A DNA stretch of 64,000 nt from Bacillales bacterium (GCA_029240105.1 JARBTR010000002.1:268394-332393), one strand, 5' to 3'; shown: positions 29,685-39,479, counted from the stretch's first letter. Notes: generated by a model from the sequence alone, not told the origin. Numbers and translations: made by a program.

Positions 29685-29955
29685 AAGGTTAACGTCTTAT
29701 AAGCCATGTTCTGTTCCATTGCACTACATTCGGCTACGCCTCGTGCTTTGGTGATAATCATCTATCTTCAGATTGCTCTGACCTTCCCGCCATTTAATTC
29801 TTTTAGGAAGATTCCCCTACCAATTTTGGGTTTCTAACTGCCCTAGCTTATGACTTCACTAGGCACGAACACTACTGCCATCTCAGGACAGTGCGAGCAT
29901 GGACTTTCCTCAACGCATTCTAGATGCGCAGCAATTATCCAGACGTTAATTCAAT
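29685..29955 (-). ncRNA. rnpB: RNase P RNA (type B catalytic domain only; apparently lacks the P7-P12 specificity domain)
   Basis: The reverse complement reads 5'-UUAACGUCUGGAUAAUUGCUGCGCAUCUAGAAUGCGUUGAGGAAAGUCCAUGCUCGCAC...ACAGAACAUGGCUUAUAAGACGUUAA-3'. P1 pairs UUAACGUCU with AGACGUUAA. Both P4 strands are present (AGGAAAGUCCAUGCUC and ACAGAACAUGGCUUA). P5.1, P15-P19 segments align with B. subtilis rnpB. A U8 run follows. Position between ypsC and gpsB matches the B. subtilis rnpB locus. Confidence 0.8.
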
Positions 29956-29977
29956 TATAAATCATAAATCAACTTTT

Positions 29978-30322
29978 TTATTCAAAAAGTTTATTTCCAA
30001 ATACTGCCTTTTCAAGATTCGAAATACGTTTTAAAATATCGTAATTTGTTGCAGAGCCTATTTGGCTTGATGAAGTATTTACTGTAACACGAGATTTTAA
30101 CTCTTGAGAAACATCAGCAGATTTTGCATCACTAATTTGCTTCTTTAGCTTAGTATTTTCTATAGTTAAACGCTCAACTTCCATTCTAAAAACTTCATAA
30201 TCTTTAATTATTAAATCTAAGAATTCATCAACTTCTTCTTTTTTATATCCATTAAGACCTGTTTTAAAATCTTTTTCAATTATATCTTTTTCGGTTAATT
30301 GAATTCCTAACATCCTGTTCAC
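29978..30322 (-). CDS. gpsB: Cell-cycle protein GpsB (DivIVA-domain)
   Basis: 114 aa, MLGIQLTEKDIIEKDFKTGLNGYKKEEVDEFLD... with a C-terminal coiled coil. Confidence 0.8.
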   Translation of the reverse strand: MNRMLGIQLTEKDIIEKDFKTGLNGYKKEEVDEFLDLIIKDYEVFRMEVERLTIENTKLKKQISDAKSADVSQELKSRVTVNTSSSQIGSATNYDILKRISNLEKAVFGNKLFE

Positions 30323-30442
30323 TCCTAAATTTAGTGCATTATCTTATTTTTTCAAAAAAAGTCTTAAATGTCAATTTAGTTTTTTTGCAGACATTGATGT
30401 TAGCTTATTTTAATTTAATAATTTATTTTTTAATATAAAAAA

Positions 30443-30456
30443 GCACCCGAAGGTGC
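30443..30456. terminator. Bidirectional terminator (GCACC-cgaa-GGTGC) after cotD-like gene
   Basis: A6 run upstream and T4AT2 downstream. Confidence 0.6.
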
Positions 30457-30469
30457 TTTTATTAAAAAA

Positions 30470-30742
30470 CTAACAGCCTCTAATAGTTGGATAAGGATTC
30501 CCAAAATAAGACTGTTGAGTAACTGCATTATTGTAAGCTTGAACTTGATGCGGGAAATAATGCTGGTTTTGGTAAACATGTGTTGTTAAAACAGTTTCAT
30601 TCACTGGGTGGATGTGAGGAACTATATGTGTGAATGTATTATGCTTTACATAATTAATTGGAGGATGACAGACTGGCGGGCAACAATTTGTAGCACAACA
30701 GCCTGGAACTGGAATCATCGGACGAGGACAACTAGGATGCAT
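30470..30742 (-). CDS. cotD: Spore coat protein CotD-like (His/Pro/Cys-rich)
   Basis: 90 aa, MHPSCPRPMIPVPGCCATNCCPPVCHPP...HIVPHIHPVNETVLTTHVY. Neighbour of a yppG-like gene and recU, as in B. subtilis. Confidence 0.6.
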   Translation of the reverse strand: MHPSCPRPMIPVPGCCATNCCPPVCHPPINYVKHNTFTHIVPHIHPVNETVLTTHVYQNQHYFPHQVQAYNNAVTQQSYFGNPYPTIRGC

Positions 30743-30915
30743 CGAAATTCTCCTTTCTTTATTTCGAATTCATTTATAGAATATGTGATTTTCTAGTTCA
30801 TTGTACTAGTAACAAAGCCCATATGTATAAGGAATCAAAAACAATTTATTCAAGAAAAGTACCCCTTTTTATGTCCATTGCATATTTTATTTTGATAAAT
30901 TCAAGGGGTGATACG

Positions 30916-31329
30916 ATGACCACTGAGAAAAAGAATGATTTAATGGATCAGTTCCACACTTTTACAAAGAATATGGATGAAATTGTTAAAAAAAAGTTTG
31001 GCAACGGGCTCTTTCAATCCATTGAAAATTTTATGCAAAATATTTCTCTATCCAGCGACATGCAAGTTGAATGGGTAGAAACAGATTCTGAATTTCTTTT
31101 AAAGGCTAAAATAGCTGGAGTTCCAAAGGAAAGTATTGCAATTGATTTACTTGGAAATCAAATTAAAATATCCTATTTTTTGGATAATGAAGACTCGAAA
31201 AAACACGTTTCAAAATGTTTCAATTTTCACTATCCTGTTGAAGAGGAAAAAATTGAAGCCTCCCATAAGGATGGATTACTTACTATTAAAATACCTAAAT
31301 CTAAAAAGAAAAATATACAAATAAAATAA
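30916..31329 (+). CDS. Hsp20/alpha-crystallin-like small protein (possible spore coat CotM/CotP-type)
   Basis: 137 aa from the ATG at 30916 (RBS AAGGGGTG 5 nt upstream). C-terminal alpha-crystallin-like beta-sandwich signature (SHKDGLLTIKIPK). Terminator hairpin at 31335-31352. Confidence 0.55.
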   Translation: MTTEKKNDLMDQFHTFTKNMDEIVKKKFGNGLFQSIENFMQNISLSSDMQVEWVETDSEFLLKAKIAGVPKESIAIDLLGNQIKISYFLDNEDSKKHVSKCFNFHYPVEEEKIEASHKDGLLTIKIPKSKKKNIQIK

Positions 31330-31385
31330 GCTGCCTTATGGCAGTTTTTATTTTATTGAATTTTTTATCATAACTATTTAAACAT

Positions 31386-32066
31386 CTAAGTCTTGAAAAT
31401 TCCGCTTAAACCTTTAATAATACCTGAAACTTGACTTACGGCATTAACCATTTGCCCTGCAGTATTCATCATTTTATTGATATCCACAGATCCATTTTGA
31501 GACTTAAATTGATTTAAAACGTTACTGAATCCTGAGTTTTGATTATTCATCATTGCATTTGGCTGTAAAGGCTGTTGGAAATAAGGATTCACTTGAAATG
31601 GGTTAGGTTGAATTCCCTGCTGTACTTGACCATTCGGATAATATCCTTGTCCTGACCATCCTTGTTGATAGGGTTGAAACGTATTTGCATATTGTCCACC
31701 ATTTGGATAGAGAGCATTTTGAGATTGTCCATTAAACGAGGAATTGTAATAATTAGAATCCACTGCGAGTGGGTTTCCATAGAATGGTTGAGTAACTGGA
31801 TCTCTTGGTTGAGCATATGAATTATTTTGATACTGCCAATCTGATTTTATTGGTGTCTCATTCAAATAATTATCTGAGAAATTAAATTGCGTCTCATTCA
31901 AATAATTATTTGAATACTGTTCATCCATACTCAACTGGCGAAAATCAGCTTGATTCTCATTTAATGGATAATATTGAAAACTTGGCTGTGGAGTATGATA
32001 AGGGGCATTAATCCAATGGTTACTACGATTTCTTTTCTTATTAAGAAATTTATCTATAATCCCCAT
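31386..32066 (-). CDS. Gln/Asn/Tyr/Pro-rich low-complexity protein (YppG-like spore coat candidate)
   Basis: 226 aa. Repeated NNYLNETxxNFSDNYLNET and QPY/QPNP-type repeats. Located where yppG sits in B. subtilis, next to cotD. Confidence 0.5.
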   Translation of the reverse strand: MGIIDKFLNKKRNRSNHWINAPYHTPQPSFQYYPLNENQADFRQLSMDEQYSNNYLNETQFNFSDNYLNETPIKSDWQYQNNSYAQPRDPVTQPFYGNPLAVDSNYYNSSFNGQSQNALYPNGGQYANTFQPYQQGWSGQGYYPNGQVQQGIQPNPFQVNPYFQQPLQPNAMMNNQNSGFSNVLNQFKSQNGSVDINKMMNTAGQMVNAVSQVSGIIKGLSGIFKT

Positions 32067-32263
32067 ATTCTTCCAACCTCACTTTAATGACCAATATATA
32101 ATTCGTTTTAGTATATGGAAAGATATCAAAATAGGTGCTTATCACTAATCAAAAAATGAAGCCCAATACAAGAACTGAGCGTAATATTGTAAAGAATGCT
32201 AAAATGTATGGTAATGAACGATTGACAAACAGTCACCCAATATATTGTAAGTGAGGCAATTGC

Positions 32264-32878
32264 ATGGCTATAAATTACCCTAATGGCAAACAATTCTTAA
32301 TCAAAACAAAAATAGGAAAAAATGATAACTCAAAACCAATTAAAAAGGTAAATTACTCAAATCGCGGGATGTCGTTGGAAGACTTTTTAAACGAAACAAA
32401 CATTTACTACATGGAACATAGAATCGCTTTGATCCATAAAAAGCCAACTCCGATACAAGTCGTAAAAGTAGATTACCCTCAAAGAAGTGCAGCAGTAATT
32501 AAAGAAGCTTATTACAAACTAGCTTCTACGACTGATTACAATGGGGTATTTAAAGGAAAATATATAGATTTTGAGGCGAAAGAGACAAATCAGCAGTCCT
32601 TCCCTCTCAAAAATATGCATGAACATCAAATCAAACATATGAAACAAGTAGTAGAACATGGAGGAATTGCTTTTGCACTAATCTATTTTACGAGTTTCGA
32701 AGAAATTTATTTGATTCCTGCGGATAGAATGATAGTGTTTTGGGAAAGAATGATTTCAGGGGGCAGAAAGTCTGTTACGAGAACAGAATTCGCTGCAAAT
32801 GGTAGTCTTATTAAACTAGGTTTTTTACCCAGAATAGATTACCTAAAAGAAATAAATCATATGTTTTTTGAAGGTTGA
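32264..32878 (+). CDS. recU: Holliday junction resolvase RecU
   Basis: 204 aa, close to B. subtilis RecU (YPNGK...NRGM.LEDDLNETN...DYNG...DFEAKET). Confidence 0.9.
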   Translation: MAINYPNGKQFLIKTKIGKNDNSKPIKKVNYSNRGMSLEDFLNETNIYYMEHRIALIHKKPTPIQVVKVDYPQRSAAVIKEAYYKLASTTDYNGVFKGKYIDFEAKETNQQSFPLKNMHEHQIKHMKQVVEHGGIAFALIYFTSFEEIYLIPADRMIVFWERMISGGRKSVTRTEFAANGSLIKLGFLPRIDYLKEINHMFFEG

Positions 32879-32890
32879 GGGCTGATTTAA

Positions 32891-35299
32891 ATGACTGATC
32901 AAATAAAGTCTCGAATTGCAAGACGACAAACAAAGAAAAAAATCAAAGGTAAATATAAAAAATGGAAAATAGCCATATATTCTATACTCACAGTTTTTGT
33001 AGTAGTTGGAGCTGTAGTACTTGGCATTTTTATAAAATGGATCGGAGAAGCACCAAACCTGAATGTGGCTCGTCTAAAAGATCCAATTGCCTCGAAAATC
33101 CTTGATAAAAATGGAGAAGTGTATACCGAAGTTGGTGCTCAAGATAGAATCTACACAAAATATAATGAAATACCTAAATTAGTAGAAAACGCCCTGTTAG
33201 CTACGGAAGACTCGCGTTTTTACAAGCATCATGGAATTGATATTATTCGTTTAGGTGGCGCAGTAATTAGTAATATTACAGATGGTTTTGGTTCGCAAGG
33301 CGGAAGTACTTTAACGCAACAAGTAATAAAAATGTCCTTCCTAACGTATGAAAAAACACCAAGACGTAAAGTACAAGAAATGTATATGGCATATAATCTT
33401 GAAAACAAATATACAAAACATCAAATCTTAGAAATGTATTTTAATAAAGTAAATATGTCTGAGTACTCTTATGGGATTGGAACAGCATCACAAACATATT
33501 TTAGTAAACCTCTAAAAGAACTTGATTTAGTAGAAGCGGCCTTTCTTGTAGGGATGCCACAAAGTCCAAATCGCTATAACCCTTACGTAAATCCGGATTT
33601 AGCAAATAAAAGAAAAAATACGGTATTACACTTGATGAATTTGCACGGTTATATTACTGAAAAGGAAATGAAAGAAGCCCAAAAAGTAGATATAACAACT
33701 AGATTAGTGGCAAGAAATTCTTCCCCCAAAAATGCAAGACAAGTGAATGCCATTGTTGACCAAGTAATTAACGAAGTTTCAGCACTAGGAGATTACGATA
33801 TTTACAGTGATGGACTAACAATCTATACAACAATTGACCCTGATGCTCAAGATTTGGTTGAGAAGATTTTAGAAACTGATGAATATGTTAAGTTCCCAAC
33901 AGAACAGGAAAATCCACTTCAAACTGGTGTTGTTTTATTAGATACTGCAACTGGCGAAGTAAGAGCAATTGGTGGTTGGAGAAAATCAAATGTAGTTCGC
34001 GGATTTAACTATGCAACTGATTTAAAAACTCGCCAACCAGGGTCAACAATTAAACCAATCTTGGATTATGGTCCAGCATTAGAGTATCTAAAATGGTCTA
34101 CCTACCAGCAAATTGTTGATGAACCTTACAAGTATTCAGATGGGACGCCTCTTAAAAATTCAGATAATAAGTACAGTGGCAATATTTCAATTCGTTATGC
34201 AATACAAAGATCAAAAAATGTTCCTGCTGTAAAAACATTTCAAAAAGTTGGAATTGAAAAAGCACATGGATTTGCAAAAACATTGGGTATTACTCTTGAT
34301 GAACAAATCTACGAAGCAGCTGCTATAGGTGGAGTTGTAAATGGCCCATCTCCTTTCAAATTGGCAGGTGCTTATGCGGCTTTTGGAAATAACGGTATTT
34401 ACAATGCGCCACATACCGTAACGAAAATAGTAACAATGGATTCAAACAAAACAATTGATTTGAAACCAAAATCTATTGTTGCTATGAAGCCTTCTACAGC
34501 CTACATGATTACAGATATGTTAAAAACTGTTGTACAATCACCAGGTACAGGGGTTAGCGGTAATGTTCCAGGCTTACCTATGGCAGCAAAAACCGGAACA
34601 ACAAATTATAGTGAAGATGAAATTACTAAGAATAAAAATTTAAAGGGTAAATCTCCAGACTCATGGTATGTTGGATATACATCAAAGTATACATCTGCTG
34701 TTTGGGTAGGTTATGGTAATAGAAACACACCAATTACGAATACATCAATTGCAGCTCAAATTAGCAAAGCTTTATTAGGAACCATTTCTAAAAATATTGA
34801 AACACCTGATTTTAAAATGCCAAATACAGTTGTAAGGTTACCTGTTATAAAGGGCTCGAACCCTCTTAAAGTTGGTACTGATCTAACTCCTAAAGACTTA
34901 GTAAGTTATGAGTTATTTGTAAAAGGTACAGAACCTGCAGTTACAGAAGAATTTAATCCAAAACTGGAATTTACAAATCCAAAGGCTGAGTTGGACACGG
35001 CAACAAACCAAGTAGTATTAACATGGGATGTAACCAATGTTGGCTCAAAAAAACCTGAATTTAACATAACATACACTATTGATAATGGTTCACCCCAATC
35101 ATTACCAAAAACGACTGAAAAAATTATTGAGATAGATAAACCTAAACCTGGATCTGTTTATAAGTTTACTATTTCAACATCAGATGGCCAAAGCACCGCA
35201 ACAGTATCTTTTACCGTTCCAGAAAATAACACAGTTCCAAGCGGCGAAGATCAACAAAATCAAGAAACAACAGGTACGCCAGCACCAACCACTCAATAA
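32891..35299 (+). CDS. ponA: Bifunctional class A penicillin-binding protein (PBP1A/1B; transglycosylase + transpeptidase)
   Basis: 802 aa. N-terminal TM helix, GT51 motifs (EDSRFYKH, GGSTLTQQ), transpeptidase SxxK/SxN/KTG motifs, and a C-terminal low-complexity tail. recU-ponA operon arrangement. Confidence 0.9.
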   Translation: MTDQIKSRIARRQTKKKIKGKYKKWKIAIYSILTVFVVVGAVVLGIFIKWIGEAPNLNVARLKDPIASKILDKNGEVYTEVGAQDRIYTKYNEIPKLVENALLATEDSRFYKHHGIDIIRLGGAVISNITDGFGSQGGSTLTQQVIKMSFLTYEKTPRRKVQEMYMAYNLENKYTKHQILEMYFNKVNMSEYSYGIGTASQTYFSKPLKELDLVEAAFLVGMPQSPNRYNPYVNPDLANKRKNTVLHLMNLHGYITEKEMKEAQKVDITTRLVARNSSPKNARQVNAIVDQVINEVSALGDYDIYSDGLTIYTTIDPDAQDLVEKILETDEYVKFPTEQENPLQTGVVLLDTATGEVRAIGGWRKSNVVRGFNYATDLKTRQPGSTIKPILDYGPALEYLKWSTYQQIVDEPYKYSDGTPLKNSDNKYSGNISIRYAIQRSKNVPAVKTFQKVGIEKAHGFAKTLGITLDEQIYEAAAIGGVVNGPSPFKLAGAYAAFGNNGIYNAPHTVTKIVTMDSNKTIDLKPKSIVAMKPSTAYMITDMLKTVVQSPGTGVSGNVPGLPMAAKTGTTNYSEDEITKNKNLKGKSPDSWYVGYTSKYTSAVWVGYGNRNTPITNTSIAAQISKALLGTISKNIETPDFKMPNTVVRLPVIKGSNPLKVGTDLTPKDLVSYELFVKGTEPAVTEEFNPKLEFTNPKAELDTATNQVVLTWDVTNVGSKKPEFNITYTIDNGSPQSLPKTTEKIIEIDKPKPGSVYKFTISTSDGQSTATVSFTVPENNTVPSGEDQQNQETTGTPAPTTQ

Positions 35300-35357
35300 A
35301 TACAAAAAAGCTGCAAGTTAAGCTCCATTACTGGAGTTATACATGCAGCTTTTAATT

Positions 35358-36224
35358 TTAAATAAATTCTGACATTAGTTTTTCAAAGTGTTCTTGTTCT
35401 AATTGTAGATTAGCTTCTGTCAAAGGTTTATCAGAATATCCTTTGATTAATTCCTGGTAAGAGGGTCTTTCCTTATTTTGATAAATAAGTCCAGTAACAA
35501 GTCCTCTATTTTTCATTAATGTCTTCATTGCTAAATTGACATTACTTGAATCGTAACCTTCTATATCTTCAACCTTAACAAGATTTTCTTTAAACCAATC
35601 ATAGGTGTTGATTTTATTATATGTAACACATGGGCTAAAAACATTAATTAATGAAAATCCTTTATGTGCAATGCCGGCTTCAATAATTGCTGTAAGACCT
35701 TTTAAATCACTAGAAAAACTCTGTCCAACAAATGTAGCTCCTACAGTTAGTGCCATTTCCATTGCAGAAATCGATTGTTCTATTGATCCCTTTGGGGTGG
35801 ATTTGGTTACAAAACCTGCATCAGATCGTGGAGACGTTTGTCCTTTTGTTAATCCGTATATATGATTATCCATTACGATGTATGTGACATCTATATTACG
35901 GCGAATGGCATGTACAGTATGGCCAGTTCCAATTGCAAATCCATCGCCATCACCTCCAGATGCTATAACAGTTAACTCTTTATTTGCCATCTTTAACCCC
36001 TGGGCTACTGGCAATGCTCTTCCGTGGATGGAATGAAATCCATAGGAATTTACATACCCTGAAATTCTTCCGGAGCATCCAATGCCAGAAATGATTGCTA
36101 ATTGCTCTGGTTCTATTCCACTATTTGCAACCGCACGTTGAATAGCAGATAAAACAGAAAAGTCACCACAACCAGGGCACCAATTTGGTTTTACATCATT
36201 TCGAAAATCATTTAAGGTAGCCAT
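35358..36224 (-). CDS. korB: 2-oxoacid:ferredoxin oxidoreductase beta subunit (TPP-binding)
   Basis: 288 aa with a TPP-binding GDGxxxxxG-type motif (GGDGDGFAIG) and a Cys cluster near the N-terminus. Confidence 0.85.
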   Translation of the reverse strand: MATLNDFRNDVKPNWCPGCGDFSVLSAIQRAVANSGIEPEQLAIISGIGCSGRISGYVNSYGFHSIHGRALPVAQGLKMANKELTVIASGGDGDGFAIGTGHTVHAIRRNIDVTYIVMDNHIYGLTKGQTSPRSDAGFVTKSTPKGSIEQSISAMEMALTVGATFVGQSFSSDLKGLTAIIEAGIAHKGFSLINVFSPCVTYNKINTYDWFKENLVKVEDIEGYDSSNVNLAMKTLMKNRGLVTGLIYQNKERPSYQELIKGYSDKPLTEANLQLEQEHFEKLMSEFI

Positions 36225-37960
36225 TACATCATCTCCTTACTCTTCGAATAAACTTCTTCAGGTAGGAATGGATTTCCATCATATCTAAGCATACTAACTA
36301 TTTTATTTGTATGGCCAACATTCATTTTAATAATATTTGCTAATTGTGCTGTTGCATTATTTTCAACAACAATGACCTTCTTAGCGCTTTCAATTAACGG
36401 GGTGATACTTTCTGATGGAAACGGATGTACCAAACGAATATGGGCATGATTTACCTTTACCCCTTCTCTATTTAGCTTTTCCATCGCTTCTTCAATAGCA
36501 CCTCTTGTTGAATTAAAACCAACAAATAAAATATCTGCTTTTTCATGTGGTGTATGTATATGTACAGCGTTTGGCATTTTTAAACTATTTAACTTCCGCA
36601 TACGCTTATTCATTTGAGTGATACGATTTTTTGTTGATTCGCTTGGACGACCTGTTTGATCATGTTCAACACCGGTAACATGGTGTATTCCATTCTTCAT
36701 TCCTGGAATAACCCGAGGGGATATTCCATCTTCATTCTCTTCATATCTTTTGAACAACGCTTTCCCTTCGCGTTCTGGAATTGGTTGGTCTACCAATTTT
36801 CCTCGTCGGATAAGGACTTTATTCAAATCAAGTATTTCTATAGTTTGTTTGCCTAATGAAAGTTGCAAATCCGTTAATAAGATAACTGGACATTGATATT
36901 CCTCAGCTAGATTAAACGCTTCGGCAGCATCATAAAAAGCTTCTTCGGCTGTACTTGGAGCTAATACAATTTTAGGTATTTCACCATGTGTACCATAAAT
37001 CATCGCCATTAAATCTGATTGTTCTTGCTTCGTAGGTAGACCTGTAGACGGACCACCCCGTTGTACATTAACAATTACTAAAGGAGTTTCTGTCATTCCT
37101 GCTAATCCAATGGACTCCATCATTAATGAAAGCCCTGGACCAGAAGATGAAGTTAACGAACGAACGCCGCCATAATTAGCTCCTATAGCCATTGCACATG
37201 CTGAGATTTCATCTTCCGTTTGAATAACGGTTCCGCCAACCTCAGGTAGGCGTTTGATTAAATATTCCATAATTTCTGTTGCAGGAGTTATTGGATATGC
37301 TGCCATAAAACGAGCACCACCTGCCATACACCCCATTGCAATTGCATCATTTCCAATCATGAATAATCTTTTTTTACCATCAGCTTTTTCTAATTGAAGC
37401 CCAAAATTTTTCTTATGTAAAAGTTCGTTAACGAAGTTCAGTCCAGATTCTACGGCTTCAATATTTTTTTGAACAACAGACTCCCCTTTTCTTTCAAAAA
37501 GTTCTTTTACAACTTCTGAAAATATAGACTTGTCCAAATTCATGAGAGCAGCTGATGCTCCTATTGCTACCATATTTTTCATTAAGGATGTTCCAAGTTC
37601 AGTTGCGATTTGAGTAAATGGAACCACCAAAAGTGTAGCTTCACAGTTTTCAGGAAGAACGGGATTAAATTTTGCATCTGCTAAAATCATTCCATTTGAT
37701 TGTAGCTCATGGCTGTTTAAATCTATTGTTTCTTGATCAAAAGCAACTAAAATATCTAAGTTTTTTGATATTGAACGGATTTCAGATGTACTTACTCGAA
37801 TTTTATTATTCGTATGCCCACCCTTAATACGTGAAGAAAAATGCCTATACCCATATAGAAAATAACCTAGACGATTTAGCGCAATACAGAAAATTTCTCC
37901 TGTACTCTCTATCCCTTCGCCTTGCTGTCCGCCTACTTTCCATGACAATTGTTTTAGCAT
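36224..37960 (-). CDS. korA: 2-oxoacid:ferredoxin oxidoreductase alpha subunit (fused alpha/gamma)
   Basis: 578 aa with pyruvate-flavodoxin/ferredoxin oxidoreductase domains. Stop overlaps the korB start. Confidence 0.85.
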   Translation of the reverse strand: MLKQLSWKVGGQQGEGIESTGEIFCIALNRLGYFLYGYRHFSSRIKGGHTNNKIRVSTSEIRSISKNLDILVAFDQETIDLNSHELQSNGMILADAKFNPVLPENCEATLLVVPFTQIATELGTSLMKNMVAIGASAALMNLDKSIFSEVVKELFERKGESVVQKNIEAVESGLNFVNELLHKKNFGLQLEKADGKKRLFMIGNDAIAMGCMAGGARFMAAYPITPATEIMEYLIKRLPEVGGTVIQTEDEISACAMAIGANYGGVRSLTSSSGPGLSLMMESIGLAGMTETPLVIVNVQRGGPSTGLPTKQEQSDLMAMIYGTHGEIPKIVLAPSTAEEAFYDAAEAFNLAEEYQCPVILLTDLQLSLGKQTIEILDLNKVLIRRGKLVDQPIPEREGKALFKRYEENEDGISPRVIPGMKNGIHHVTGVEHDQTGRPSESTKNRITQMNKRMRKLNSLKMPNAVHIHTPHEKADILFVGFNSTRGAIEEAMEKLNREGVKVNHAHIRLVHPFPSESITPLIESAKKVIVVENNATAQLANIIKMNVGHTNKIVSMLRYDGNPFLPEEVYSKSKEMM

Positions 37961-38134
37961 TTTGACACCTCAGTTAAGCCATCAGGCCTTATCTCTATCT
38001 TTTTGCAATCCATTGTTAAATGTTCCTAGTTTATGTCCAGAAACCACAAAACGAACAGCTAAAATGTAGTGTTCGTTTTAATGATACTGTTTTGCCAGTA
38101 TTATATCAATTATAAAAATAAAGTTCTAAGATAT

Positions 38135-39067
38135 TTATAAGCCAGTACGGGCCAATTTTTTTGCAAAATTATCGTACATAAATCCTCTAACTTCCGATTC
38201 ACTATAGTACTTTAATAATTCATTAACCAAATTAGGAAAGTCACTTGGATTTTTCAAATACATCGGTAGCATTTCTGTTCCGTCAAAATCTGAGCCAATT
38301 CCAATATGCTCTACTCCACCCAATTCACAAAAATGCTCAATATGACGAATAACATCTGAAATTTGACTATTTGATTTTTCTGTCAAGAATGGCGTATGAA
38401 AATTTATTCCAACAACACCCTTTCGTTCAACAAGAGCTTTGAATTGCTCATCTGTTACATTTCGAGGGTGGGGTGTTAGAGCCCGCGAATTAGAATGTGA
38501 AGCAATTGGAAAATCTGCAAGTTCAATAACATCCCAAAATCCTCTATCTGATAGATGGGAAACATCACACCAAATCTTATTTTCATTTAAAACTTCAATA
38601 ATTCCCCTTCCAAATAAACTGAGTCCTGCTCCTCGTGGCTCCATTGCGCCATCTGCTACTAAATTAGCAAAATTCCAAGTTAGGCCAACGGATCTGACGC
38701 CCATTCTTAACAGTGTTTGAAGTTTGAGTATATCTTGATCAATACAATCACACCCTTCAAGTGCTAACATGGCTCCAATTTCATTATCTTCAAGCTTTTG
38801 AATATCTTCATGAGTTACAACTTGTTTTAATCCAGCTTCTTTAATGACTTTTTCAAAAAAGAGGTTGGCTTGGGATAACGCTGCTTCAAATCTCATCGAA
38901 GGATGAATATTGGTAGGAATATATATAGCAAATGTCTGAACTTTAACACAGCCTTCTTGTAACGACTTTAAAGTAACTTGCAAATTATCATTATCGCTTA
39001 AAAAATTGTTCGTTTTATTTTCAAAGAGTTTACTAAGCAGATCACAATGAGCATCAAAAACCTTCAA
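38135..39067 (-). CDS. Membrane dipeptidase (peptidase family M19)
   Basis: 310 aa starting MKVFDAHCDLL, with Zn-binding His/Asp/Glu positions typical of renal-dipeptidase-like enzymes. Confidence 0.8.
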   Translation of the reverse strand: MKVFDAHCDLLSKLFENKTNNFLSDNDNLQVTLKSLQEGCVKVQTFAIYIPTNIHPSMRFEAALSQANLFFEKVIKEAGLKQVVTHEDIQKLEDNEIGAMLALEGCDCIDQDILKLQTLLRMGVRSVGLTWNFANLVADGAMEPRGAGLSLFGRGIIEVLNENKIWCDVSHLSDRGFWDVIELADFPIASHSNSRALTPHPRNVTDEQFKALVERKGVVGINFHTPFLTEKSNSQISDVIRHIEHFCELGGVEHIGIGSDFDGTEMLPMYLKNPSDFPNLVNELLKYYSESEVRGFMYDNFAKKLARTGL

Positions 39068-39218
39068 ATTAAATGCACTCCTAATTTGATGTAATTTATC
39101 CTAAAAAGAAAAAATCTCATATACGTAGTTTTATTACACCTTAAATTCAGATCTTATTAAAATCTAAAATTTAGAATAACAAAACAAGTATACAAGATTT
39201 CTAGTCAATAAAATTTAA

Positions 39219-39479
39219 TTATCTTGGTTCAACAATCAGTTTAATTGCTGTACGCTCTTCACCGTCAATAAAAATATCGGTAAAAGCGGGTATGCAAATC
39301 AGATCGACACCACCAGGTGCAACAAAGCCACGTGCAATTGCAACTGCTTTTACAGCTTGATTAAGCGCCCCTGCCCCTATAGCTTGAATTTCTGCTCCAC
39401 CACGTTCCCGTAATACACCAGCCAACGCACCAGCTACGGAATTTGGATTCGATCTTGAAGAAACCTTCAATACCTCCAT
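39219..39479 (-). CDS. spoVS: Stage V sporulation protein S
   Basis: 86 aa, near-identical in pattern to B. subtilis SpoVS (MEVLKVSSRSNPNSVAGALAGVLRERG...). RBS GAGGGGG. Confidence 0.9.
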   Translation of the reverse strand: MEVLKVSSRSNPNSVAGALAGVLRERGGAEIQAIGAGALNQAVKAVAIARGFVAPGGVDLICIPAFTDIFIDGEERTAIKLIVEPR

